From: Pyrobaculum aerophilum str. IM2
GTDB lineage: Archaea > Thermoproteota > Thermoprotei > Thermoproteales > Thermoproteaceae
Length of the DNA stretch: 32,000 bases
Reading direction: 5' to 3'
Assembly (NCBI RefSeq): GCF_000007225.1
Contig: NC_003364.1
Coordinates: forward strand, 90,001 to 122,000
Below, piece by piece: positions 1-8,500 of the stretch. The notes under the pieces are model-generated. The model worked only from the letters and a program-made list of their open reading frames with translations, had not been told where the DNA came from and ran no database searches. The position numbers and the translations under genes were made by a program. Every line of letters begins with the position of its first letter. Within the stretch, counting starts at the first letter, position 1.

Positions 1-1
1 C

Positions 2-745
2 CGGGGCAGGGACTACGTCCTCTACCCCCTGTCCTTCGCCGCCTTCGCCAAACTGGCCGGAGTGCCAGAAGGCGCTGATCCGGCCGCGTGGCGGAGCAAA
101 CTCGCCGAGTTATTAGAGCTATATTTAGACTGCGGCGGCATGCCCACGTCGGTTATTTCATGCCTCACAGGCCGCGGCGCCGATTCGCAGACGTGGCAGA
201 TTTTCATATCCTCGCTCTCCTTCGACCTGGCACGGCTTGGGAGGAGCGAGGCGTATGTTAAGAGGCTTCTGAGAGCAGTTTTGCGAACGGCCCCCAGCCC
301 CGTATCCCTCAGCGCCCTTGCTAAAGAGGCCGAGCTCACTTCTCACAAAATTGCATTTACCTATCTAAACTTACTGGAGGGGCTTTACATCTTGAAACAA
401 CTGTTCTGGGTGAACCCCTACACCCTCGAGGAGAGCTTTAAAAAGCCCAGGAAAATACACCTACAAGATCCCGCAATGTACTCGGCCTTCGCCCGCTGGG
501 TCGGCGTCGACCCCCCCGGGGCCGAGGTGAGATTAGAGGCGGCGGTGGCCACGCACTTGGCGAGGAAGTACCGAGTGGGCTACTGGCGGGACGGCCGGGA
601 AATAGACGTAATTATACCAGAGCTGAAGGCCGGAATAGAGGTGAAAATAGGGAGGGCTGGCGCCGGGGGGAGGGTGGGGCTGGTAAAATACAGAGAGCTG
701 TCCCTGCCAGACGCCGCGGAATACCTATTCGGAGAAGTGCCGTAA
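2..745 (+). CDS. AAA+ ATPase, DUF4143-type C-terminal region (5' end lies outside the window)
   Basis: The frame is open from the window edge (RGRDYVLYPLSF...), so the listed Met at 62 is internal. It has a KIHLQDP..Y segment and the C-terminal REIDVIIPE...GIEVK (D..ExK-like) pattern typical of archaeal AAA_14/DUF4143 ATPases. Confidence 0.55.
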   Translation, partial: RGRDYVLYPLSFAAFAKLAGVPEGADPAAWRSKLAELLELYLDCGGMPTSVISCLTGRGADSQTWQIFISSLSFDLARLGRSEAYVKRLLRAVLRTAPSPVSLSALAKEAELTSHKIAFTYLNLLEGLYILKQLFWVNPYTLEESFKKPRKIHLQDPAMYSAFARWVGVDPPGAEVRLEAAVATHLARKYRVGYWRDGREIDVIIPELKAGIEVKIGRAGAGGRVGLVKYRELSLPDAAEYLFGEVP

Positions 746-759
746 GTAAAAAGCCTTTT

Positions 760-972
760 CTAAAGCGCCGCCTTTCTCAACCTGCCGCCTGCCCCGGCGT
801 CTTGATTACGAGTCCACTTGGCCACAAACTGCTTATAACACTCCCTGGAGCAGAAGACCCAGGGCTTATTTACGCAACAAGTCTTCACTACAATAGCGCC
901 CTCTCTAATCAGCCTCCCGCAGTTAGTACACCTCAGCTCAGTGGGCCTCTGGACTTTAAGCTCGAACGGCAT
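760..972 (-). CDS. small zinc-binding protein (CxxC ... FCSxxC, TRASH/zf-FCS-like)
   Basis: 70 aa with CTNCGR and [11 protein letters not shown] motifs. Its start overlaps the 3' end of thi4 by 17 nt on the same strand, suggesting co-transcription. Confidence 0.45.
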   Translation of the reverse strand: MPFELKVQRPTELRCTNCGRLIREGAIVVKTCCVNKPWVFCSRECYKQFVAKWTRNQDAGAGGRLRKAAL

Positions 973-1741
973 GGGCCTCCGCCATTAAGTCTTTATACAC
1001 TACCTCCGCCACTTTCTTTCCCGACATTAACATACCGCCGAAAATCGGCCCCATTCTGGGCAGGCCGTAGACGGCGCATACGGCAATCCCCGCGACGTAC
1101 AGACCCGGGGCCACCCTCCCCGTGTGCTCCACCACGAGCTTCTCAGAGACCTCAGACCACGCCGACTTCTCCCCCACTACTTGTATCCCCAGCTCTGGCA
1201 CTTTCCTAGCCGCCACGGATACAACTTCGGCGTCGTGGCCAGTGGCGTCAATTACGGCCTTTGCCTGCGTGTAGAGGGGATCGACGTGCATCCCCGACAT
1301 TTGAATAGGAGTCCAGATCCACAAAAGCCCCGTCACCCTCGGGGGATCTCCTCTGAAAATCACGTCGTCTACGTGAACGCCCAGTATAATTTTAGCGCCG
1401 GCGTCCACAGCCCCCGCCGCCAGTTTCGCTATCAGCTCCGCTGGATCCACAGTGTATAGGCCGTCTTCAGCCGGCTTGTACCTGACTTTAAAATCCCTCA
1501 GTATGGGAACCGCCTCCTCTTGCACCACGATCTTCGGCAACATATTGCCCCCAGGCCCAATGCCGCCGCCAAAGGAAAACCTCCTCTCGTAAACCACCAC
1601 CTTCAGCCCCTTCTCGGCGAGGTATCTAGCAGCGGTCAGCCCCGCGGGCCCCGCGCCGACAATTGCCACGTCCACATCGCTGTATTCGTCCAAGTCCTTT
1701 AGGGCGTGACTAATTATCGCCCTCCCGATTTTCAGCTCCAT
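956..1741 (-). CDS. thi4: thiazole synthase Thi4 family (FAD/NAD-binding)
   Basis: Dinucleotide fold [17 protein letters not shown], plus DATGHDAEV and C-terminal [16 protein letters not shown], all hallmarks of archaeal Thi4. An AT-rich TATA-like tract lies about 25 nt upstream of the ATG. Confidence 0.9.
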   Translation of the reverse strand: MELKIGRAIISHALKDLDEYSDVDVAIVGAGPAGLTAARYLAEKGLKVVVYERRFSFGGGIGPGGNMLPKIVVQEEAVPILRDFKVRYKPAEDGLYTVDPAELIAKLAAGAVDAGAKIILGVHVDDVIFRGDPPRVTGLLWIWTPIQMSGMHVDPLYTQAKAVIDATGHDAEVVSVAARKVPELGIQVVGEKSAWSEVSEKLVVEHTGRVAPGLYVAGIAVCAVYGLPRMGPIFGGMLMSGKKVAEVVYKDLMAEAHAVRA

Positions 1742-1827
1742 AAGCCAATATTCAAATCTAAATAAAAATATTATCTCGGCGATTTACGCCGGAGAAAAAT
1801 TTATTATTGAATTCGGATAATTACTTT

Positions 1828-3081
1828 ATGCAGTGGAGGGCCGTGCACTGGAAGCTCTTTATAATAATAAGCGCCAGCTTTTTCCTCGACGGCGTCCTCT
1901 TCAGCCTAGTCCCCGCCACGTTTTACCTGGTGGAAGAGCTGGCCCAGAACGCGCCTATTATATTCGCCGCCAACTCCTTGGCCTTTATGCTCGGGGCAAT
2001 AGCGCTGGGGAGACTGGGAGACTCCCTGGGGAGGCGGGCGGGGCTAATCCTCTCCCTGGCCATTTACACCGCGGGGACTCTCTGGTTTGTAGCGGCTTTC
2101 TGGGCCGGGGGGCTGAGCCTCGCCTTAGCAATAGCGTCGACCTCTGTGATAAACTTCGGAGTAGGGGGAGAAGTAGGGCCGGCGTACTCAGCCCTGGCGG
2201 AGTACCTGCCCACTAAGAGGAGAGGCGCGGCCTTAATGCTCGCGGCGAACTTTTGGAACATCGGCGCAGTTATTATTGCAGTGGCCTCGCTCTACTACGC
2301 CCAGATAACGGGGGACGTGAGGACTGCGGTGTTGTACACCTTCGCCACGGCCCTCGCCCTCGCTGTTTTAGTCTTTATCGCTAGATACCACATACCCGAG
2401 TCCCTCAGGTGGCTAATTGCCAAGGGCAGGACGGCAGAGGCAGAAGCCCTGGCGAGAAAATACAGCGTCTCCCTCCCTCCGCCGCAACCCCCAAAGGCCT
2501 CTCTAAAAGGCTACTGGGGGAGAGTGGCCGTGCTCGCCACAGCCTTCACCGCCCAGCTCCTCACTTACAACATAGCCGCGTACTACCTCCCCTACGCCCC
2601 CGGCTTTGCCTACGGCTATGAATACGCCCCCATTAACGTGGCGGTGGCGAACCTAGGCGCCTCAATAGGCGCCTTCCTCCTACTGCCGCTAATAGACAAA
2701 TCCCGCAAGTGGTCCTTCACGGGGGCCTTCGCGGGGGGCCTCGCCACAGCCACAGCTCTCGCCGCAACTCACGGCGCCTCCCAGGAGGCGTATACAGCCG
2801 CCCTCTTCTTCAACCTAGTCTTCTCCGAGTGGGCCTGGGCCTCTATAAGCGTGTTAGAAAGCGAGCTCTTCCCCACGGCCGTGAGATCTACAGCAGTGGG
2901 CCTAGTCACGGCAGCCGCATGGTTAATAAACACGGGGGCGGTGTTCCTAGAGGGAGTACTCGGCGCCGGGGCCTTCCTCGCCCTACTTATCGCCCTCTGG
3001 GCAGTGGGGCTTGCAGACGCCGCCGTGTGGCACGCCAAGGGCGTAGAAAGCGCGAGGAGAGAGCTGGAAGAATTGGCCTAG
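1828..3081 (+). CDS. MFS-type transporter
   Basis: Highly hydrophobic with about 12 predicted TM stretches. It has the MFS loop motif GRLGDSLGRRAG. I prefer the ATG at 1828 (MQWRAV...) because AAAAATTTATTATT sits about 25 nt upstream; the ORF track starts at the TTG at 1807. Confidence 0.8.
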   Translation: MQWRAVHWKLFIIISASFFLDGVLFSLVPATFYLVEELAQNAPIIFAANSLAFMLGAIALGRLGDSLGRRAGLILSLAIYTAGTLWFVAAFWAGGLSLALAIASTSVINFGVGGEVGPAYSALAEYLPTKRRGAALMLAANFWNIGAVIIAVASLYYAQITGDVRTAVLYTFATALALAVLVFIARYHIPESLRWLIAKGRTAEAEALARKYSVSLPPPQPPKASLKGYWGRVAVLATAFTAQLLTYNIAAYYLPYAPGFAYGYEYAPINVAVANLGASIGAFLLLPLIDKSRKWSFTGAFAGGLATATALAATHGASQEAYTAALFFNLVFSEWAWASISVLESELFPTAVRSTAVGLVTAAAWLINTGAVFLEGVLGAGAFLALLIALWAVGLADAAVWHAKGVESARRELEELA

Positions 3082-3172
3082 CCCAGGAGAGGCCTTTTTA
3101 AAACCCCGCGCCGATTTTATACCCCGCCGTATATAACACAAAAGATATATTTGGAATTTAAAAGTTTGTACT

Positions 3173-3466
3173 ATGAAACTCCTTGTTATCTTACTGGGTA
3201 AGTGCCGCACGTGCGGCGAAGAGGTAGAGGCTGTGTCTAAAGGGGATGCGAAGTGCCCGAAGTGCGGAGGACCCGTGGAGTTCTACGGCGGGAAGGAAGT
3301 GGTGAAATTACTAGACTGCGAAATTAGAGACTGGGAGAGGATCGCGGTGCTGAGCCCCACGGCGCAACAAATGGTACTGCAAGCGCTGGAGTCCGGCACG
3401 GCGCCTAAAGAGCTCTACCCCCTCCTCCTCAAGTTAAAAGACGCGGGGGCGCTGATATGTACGTAG
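3173..3466 (+). CDS. zinc-ribbon protein, unknown function
   Basis: 97 aa with CRTCG...CPKCGG (a four-Cys ribbon) at the N-terminus and a helical C-terminal half. Confidence 0.5.
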   Translation: MKLLVILLGKCRTCGEEVEAVSKGDAKCPKCGGPVEFYGGKEVVKLLDCEIRDWERIAVLSPTAQQMVLQALESGTAPKELYPLLLKLKDAGALICT

Positions 3467-3513
3467 ACTTCCCCTCAGTCTGGCGGTATTTTAAAGACTA
3501 CATAAGCGCCTCC

Positions 3514-3524
3514 GGGGGGGGGGG
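3514..3524 (+). repeat. G11 homopolymer tract
   Basis: Eleven consecutive G read directly. It sits exactly where frame 1 (ATG 3457) and frame 2 (ORF 3587..4363) exchange. Confidence 0.95.
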
Positions 3525-3586
3525 TATTTGAGCTGAAAAAAGCCCTCGACTGGAGCGTTTGGTACGCCGCCAAGTGGTGGCGGGAG

Positions 3587-4363
3587 GTGAGAGAGGCGGG
3601 AGCCGCCAATTTAAAAAACCCCTTTGTAAAAGCGCTTTATACAGCGCTGAGGGCCAGAGGGATAATAGACGATGAAGGCCGGGTTAAGAAAGAGGTGAGC
3701 CGCCCAGAGATGCCCAAGGGCCTCTACGCCAGGGAGTGGGTAGAGATGCACAAAAACTTCAACGAAATAGGGGCGGTTAAAGTGGCGAAAGACGAGGCGG
3801 ATAGAAACGCCCTAGACCTCTTCTACAGCGACATACAAATCCAGGGCTGGCACAGAATAATGGTAAAGGCCTTCCTAAAAGCCGCCGGTTTTACAGACGG
3901 CCTACGCGTCTTAGAGCCCTACAGCCGCGAGGGGCATCTGGCCGTGATAATACACGACGAGTACAAGCCCGCGGCGTATTTAGGCTACGACCCAAACCCG
4001 GACTACGTCCAAGTGGCCAAGTCCATGGCCCCCACGGCCCAGTTCACAGCCGCCCCAACCGCCTGCCACCTCACCGGAACATACGACGTGGCAATCCTCG
4101 TTGAGAAAATGCAGTGGATGGCAGACCCCCTCTACGAGCTGGAATGCATAAAAAAGTTGCTCAAACGCCCCGGAGGCCTCTTGTTAGTAGCCCAGCCAGT
4201 GGCCGAGTCCATGCCGGGCTACCTCGCCATTTTATCCGCCATAGGGGCGCGCCAAGTATACACTTGGCGAGAGGCGGAGAACATACTGAAAATGAGGTTC
4301 AAACTGGCCAAGAGGCTAATACGCACCCTGCCCTTTTACGGAGCCGTATTTGAAAACCCCTAA
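3587..4363 (+). CDS. class I SAM-dependent methyltransferase-like protein; probably extends to ATG 3457 across a frameshift
   Basis: Methyltransferase-like motif series: LRVLEPYSREGHLA (degenerate motif I), YLGYDPNPDYVQVAK, YDVAILVE, LKRPGGLLLVAQP. The frame is open upstream to 3506. See the finding on the G11 tract. Confidence 0.55.
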   Translation: MREAGAANLKNPFVKALYTALRARGIIDDEGRVKKEVSRPEMPKGLYAREWVEMHKNFNEIGAVKVAKDEADRNALDLFYSDIQIQGWHRIMVKAFLKAAGFTDGLRVLEPYSREGHLAVIIHDEYKPAAYLGYDPNPDYVQVAKSMAPTAQFTAAPTACHLTGTYDVAILVEKMQWMADPLYELECIKKLLKRPGGLLLVAQPVAESMPGYLAILSAIGARQVYTWREAENILKMRFKLAKRLIRTLPFYGAVFENP

Positions 4364-4404
4364 AAACGCGCCGATATAGCCGGCGCCTGCAACACGCCGA
4401 CAGC

Positions 4405-5193
4405 CTAACCCCGGTCTGTAGCGCCGGGGCACTCCAGCGGCGTCACCCTCACGGCCCCAAGCCCCATGCCCCTCCCAGTCCCCACGTTGAACACCTCGGC
4501 CACCCTCAGAGCCCTCCACACGTCCGCCAGCCTCCTCCTCCCGAAGGCGCGGTAGAGGGCCCACCCCACGAAGCCCCTGGCCACGCCGCCGCCCAGCAAC
4601 TTCACAGTCCTCACGCACTTCCCCCAGCAACCGAAATCAGTCAAAGCCACGTATGTATAAACCCAGCGGAGGAAGGGCCCGCCGAGGCGCAGAAGCCCCA
4701 AGGCCCTCCCTTGCCTTACAGCTGACTTGAAGAGGTTCAGCGGCCTCGGGGTGAAGTCAAAGAGGGCGCGCCTCCTCTTGTAAAGAGGCTTGACGGCAAA
4801 GCGGGTGGGAGACAGGAACTCCACTTTAAAACACGGCGTGGAGGGCAACGGCTCGCTGGAGACGTCCCTAAACTCAAGCTCCGCCAGCTCAAGCGGCTTG
4901 CCGAATAGAGTAACGCCGCCGCTGAGCGAGTCCACAAAGCGAAGCGCCAGCAACTCGTCGGCAAAGCCCACGCGGAACTCCACCTCAGTCCCCTGCCCCA
5001 GGGCGGCGCCGTCTAACACGGGCCTCCCCCCGGCGAATAGGGGGGAAACGGCAAAGGGCTTGGGCTTGGCGTCGTGAAGCCATCCCCCCAGTCTAGACAC
5101 CACAAGAGACTCCACCAGAGTGCCGGAAAACCCAGTCAACACCACTCCCCCGGCCAGCCTGCCCAGAACTCTAACTCTCCACACAGCCCGCAC
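4405..5193 (-). CDS. cas6: Cas6 CRISPR repeat endoribonuclease (copy 1)
   Basis: 262 aa with the C-terminal glycine-rich loop GTGRGMGLGAV typical of Cas6. GTG start. It is divergent from, and directly adjacent to, the CRISPR leader. It is a paralog of ORF 21770..22546. Confidence 0.8.
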   Translation of the reverse strand: MRAVWRVRVLGRLAGGVVLTGFSGTLVESLVVSRLGGWLHDAKPKPFAVSPLFAGGRPVLDGAALGQGTEVEFRVGFADELLALRFVDSLSGGVTLFGKPLELAELEFRDVSSEPLPSTPCFKVEFLSPTRFAVKPLYKRRRALFDFTPRPLNLFKSAVRQGRALGLLRLGGPFLRWVYTYVALTDFGCWGKCVRTVKLLGGGVARGFVGWALYRAFGRRRLADVWRALRVAEVFNVGTGRGMGLGAVRVTPLECPGATDRG

Positions 5194-5244
5194 AACGCCC
5201 CCATATTAAACTACCCCTCTATATACTCTATATATTTCTTGGCG

Positions 5245-5268
5245 TTTAAAAATCGTCGTACACAACTC
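5245..5268 (+). repeat. leader direct repeat copy A (TTTAAAAATCGTCGTACACAACTC)
   Basis: Matches copy B at 5332..5356 with one substitution and one indel. Begins with a TATA-like box. Confidence 0.85.
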
Positions 5269-5331
5269 TCTTTACAAATTCCCATATTTCAACTGTCTTT
5301 CCGAGTTAAAAATTGTAAAGAGGGTATCCAA

Positions 5332-5356
5332 TTTATAAATCGTCGTACAACAACTC
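5332..5356 (+). repeat. leader direct repeat copy B (TTTATAAATCGTCGTACAACAACTC)
   Basis: Second copy, 87 bp downstream of copy A in the same orientation. Confidence 0.85.
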
Positions 5357-5530
5357 GGCGCACCCCGGCGCCGAGAGGCAAAAAACGGCATTCAACTACC
5401 GGGAATAGAGTCAATCTCCAGAATAACAGCCACAAACCCCTAAAAACGACACAAGAAAAAACCGCCTCCAAAGACAAAACAAAAGGAGAAAAACTTAAAA
5501 ACCCCCAAAAACACAAATCCAGAGATCCCA

Positions 5531-8500
5531 GAATCTCAAAAAGAGGATTGAAAGTATTCAGAGTACTCTAGGCCGGTATACAGAGGGCCTAAAAGAATCT
5601 CAAAAAGAGGATTGAAAGAACACGTCAGCCAGCCCTCCCCATGTGGCCCTGGCTGTACACAGGAATCTCAAAAAGAGGATTGAAAGAAAATTTGTAAAGT
5701 TAGAGATAGCGAGCCGCGAATTGAGAGCGGGAATCTCAAAAAGAGGATTGAAAGTCTTCGGACAATGACGCGCTTAGAATGGGCGATTTATTCAACACGT
5801 ACAGAATCTCAAAAAGAGGATTGAAAGCAATTACTCTTAATTCAGAGTCTCCCTCACAGACGGCAAAATACTCAGAATCTCAAAAAGAGGATTGAAAGAT
5901 GTTAATTGAAGGGCCTGAGAACGCTGTTCAGTTCATTCTCAATGAATCTCAAAAAGAGGATTGAAAGCGTCTTTCTTCTTCGACACCTTGATGTTCAACG
6001 CCTCTACAGGAATCTCAAAAAGAGGATTGAAAGGTTCTAAATATACCGACGGCCGCGACATTTACTAATTCTCTGAAGAATCTCAAAAAGAGGATTGAAA
6101 GTTATATACTTGGATCTGTACGTCCCCTTCCGTATATACACCCTGCCGAATCTCAAAAAGAGGATTGAAAGTTGACAATTCAGCCCAAAGTGTAATCCGT
6201 TGATATGGTCGGGAATCTCAAAAAGAGGATTGAAAGTCGGTAAATTAGTCAGTGAGAGCTTGTTAGGTATACTCCCCCCTTCCGAATCTCAAAAAGAGGA
6301 TTGAAAGATACTAATTGTGGCGGGGTTCAACCGTCAGCTGTTCCAGGTGAATCTCAAAAAGAGGATTGAAAGGTCCGCAGTCAACAGCCAAAAAGAGGGG
6401 GAAATAAACGGAATCTCAAAAAGAGGATTGAAAGCTTTATCAACGTAGACCCTTTTGTATATCAAGCTCTTTCCGAATCTCAAAAAGAGGATTGAAAGCA
6501 GGTAGAGGTGCGGTTCAACAACGTTGTTGGCCACGTGGACTTTTTTGAATCTCAAAAAGAGGATTGAAAGTGGTTAATTCCAAGCTGAGGCAGGTCTGTG
6601 GACCCGAATCTCAAAAAGAGGATTGAAAGCCCGCGGGCCCCGGCCGCGCCAGCGGCCACCTTGTTTTTGTTGTGAATCTCAAAAAGAGGATTGAAAGGCG
6701 CCGTCCATGCGAGCACGGGGAAGACTGCCGAGGGGTCGAATCTCAAAAAGAGGATTGAAAGATTATCTTGACTAGCATCGCCACGGCGGCGAGCCCTGCG
6801 AGCTGAATCTCAAAAAGAGGATTGAAAGATCCTAGGCATTGGGATGTACACTGCGATTTCCCCCTGCGGAATCTCAAAAAGAGGATTGAAAGAGAGTCCC
6901 TCCAGCTCCTCGAGGGCGGCGCACACTACGCACATGGAATCTCAAAAAGAGGATTGAAAGTGCTGTCTGGAGTTTCGGTTGTGCTGGCAGCTGTCTTTGG
7001 CGCCTGAATCTCAAAAAGAGGATTGAAAGGCTGTATGGAGAGCCAATGCGCATGCGGCGTAAGACTGTATATACGAATCTCAAAAAGAGGATTGAAAGGC
7101 AAAAGGCCTGCGGAATAGCCAGCCATCCCCCCGCCTGGCGGAATCTCAAAAAGAGGATTGAAAGCCTCAATTCGTCTACCATGGTCTCAGGGTCGATAAT
7201 AAACTTCTGAATCTCAAAAAGAGGATTGAAAGAGCTTTTTAAGGGCCTCATTTTTCTGGGCCTCAGTAATAAAGCGAATCTCAAAAAGAGGATTGAAAGT
7301 ATGCGTTGACCCGGGGCCCTACACAGCTCTCCTACTTACCGAATCTCAAAAAGAGGATTGAAAGATGCGTATCATATACGCCGCACCCGCACAAACTAAT
7401 AACCGCATTGAATCTCAAAAAGAGGATTGAAAGATACGGTGTACTGCAACGGCCGCGATTTGACTGAATGTACAAAAACCGGAATCTCAAAAAGAGGATT
7501 GAAAGTAGGTACGTATTTGAGGCGGTCTGCCCTCTGTGCGTGTCCAGTGGAATCTCAAAAAGAGGATTGAAAGGGGAGGCTCAGCAAACAGGACACACAG
7601 CTTCCTGGGTACCCGGAATCTCAAAAAGAGGATTGAAAGGCCACCTGCTTAGCCGCCTCCTTCGCCCTCTCAGCCCGGCTGGCCTCCGACGGGAATCTCA
7701 AAAAGAGGATTGAAAGCGGTGGCGGTGTACCAAATGTTCTACCTAGCCGGCGTCCAGCCGCCGGAATCTCAAAAAGAGGATTGAAAGATTTTTCAGTTCT
7801 CCCGCCGAAGTGCTTGAGATACTCGCAACCGTGAATCTCAAAAAGAGGATTGAAAGCTAGACGGAACTCTCACCAGCTCCTCCTCGGCGCGCTTGCGCGC
7901 CGAATCTCAAAAAGAGGATTGAAAGCTATTCCAGTGGCGAACTCGGCCGATATCCTAAGCCCTGCGAGGAATCTCAAAAAGAGGATTGAAAGCAGTTGGG
8001 ACATGTTTGAGAAGGAGCTGGCCAGGGCTAGGAGTGCTGAGGAATCTCAAAAAGAGGATTGAAAGGTACGGATACAGCGCCACTGCTTGCAGCGGCGCGT
8101 CTACGCCGTTGAATCTCAAAAAGAGGATTGAAAGTCGGCACTGGGATCGTCCTGGCCATAGTCGGCATTTTCATGGGGAATCTCAAAAAGAGGATTGAAA
8201 GCGCGTTCTCGACACTGTGATGGATCTGATCCGCATGGATGCAGTGGGAATCTCAAAAAGAGGATTGAAAGACTCGTTGCCCAGAGAGCGCCTCTGGAAC
8301 CTAGCCAGCACCGAATCTCAAAAAGAGGATTGAAAGCACAATTGCGAAAAACGCGGCCCATTTGTATATAGCTCTCCCCGAATCTCAAAAAGAGGATTGA
8401 AAGCTAATTTCAGTGATAAGTCCATACGGCCCAATTTGACGACATAAGAATCTCAAAAAGAGGATTGAAAGGCGAGGAGATTGCGCAGGAAGAGAACTCC

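Larger units (their letters stand above)
5194..5530 (+). promoter_or_regulatory. CRISPR leader plus divergent cas6 promoter region
   Basis: 337 bp of non-coding AT-rich DNA between the cas6 start and the first repeat. It contains TATA-like boxes (TTTAAAAA 5245, GTTAAAAATT 5305, TTTATAAA 5332). The repeat orientation puts the ATTGAAAG 8-nt handle at the repeat 3' end on the + strand, which places the leader on this side. Confidence 0.7.

Noticed and set aside
802-1702. + strand ORFs 802-1209, 1124-1459 and 1520-1702.
   Set aside because: They are antisense to thi4 and the small zinc protein, and are Pro/Arg/Ser-rich shadow frames.
956-1741. Whether Thi4 carries the suicide Cys or the catalytic His variant.
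   Set aside because: I could not align the active-site position reliably from memory, so I make no claim.
4368-4386. GC hairpin GCGCCG-ATATAGC-CGGCGC between the convergent methyltransferase-like gene and cas6. It looked like a possible bidirectional terminator.
   Set aside because: The stem is only 6 bp and there is no adjacent oligo-T tract. Archaeal termination does not depend on such hairpins, so there is not enough support to call a feature.
5074-5571. 165-aa + strand ORF spanning the cas6 5' end, the leader and the first repeat.
   Set aside because: It has low-complexity K/P/N/T-rich composition caused by the A/C-rich leader, runs antisense to cas6 at its start and into the repeat at its end, and has no protein-like features.
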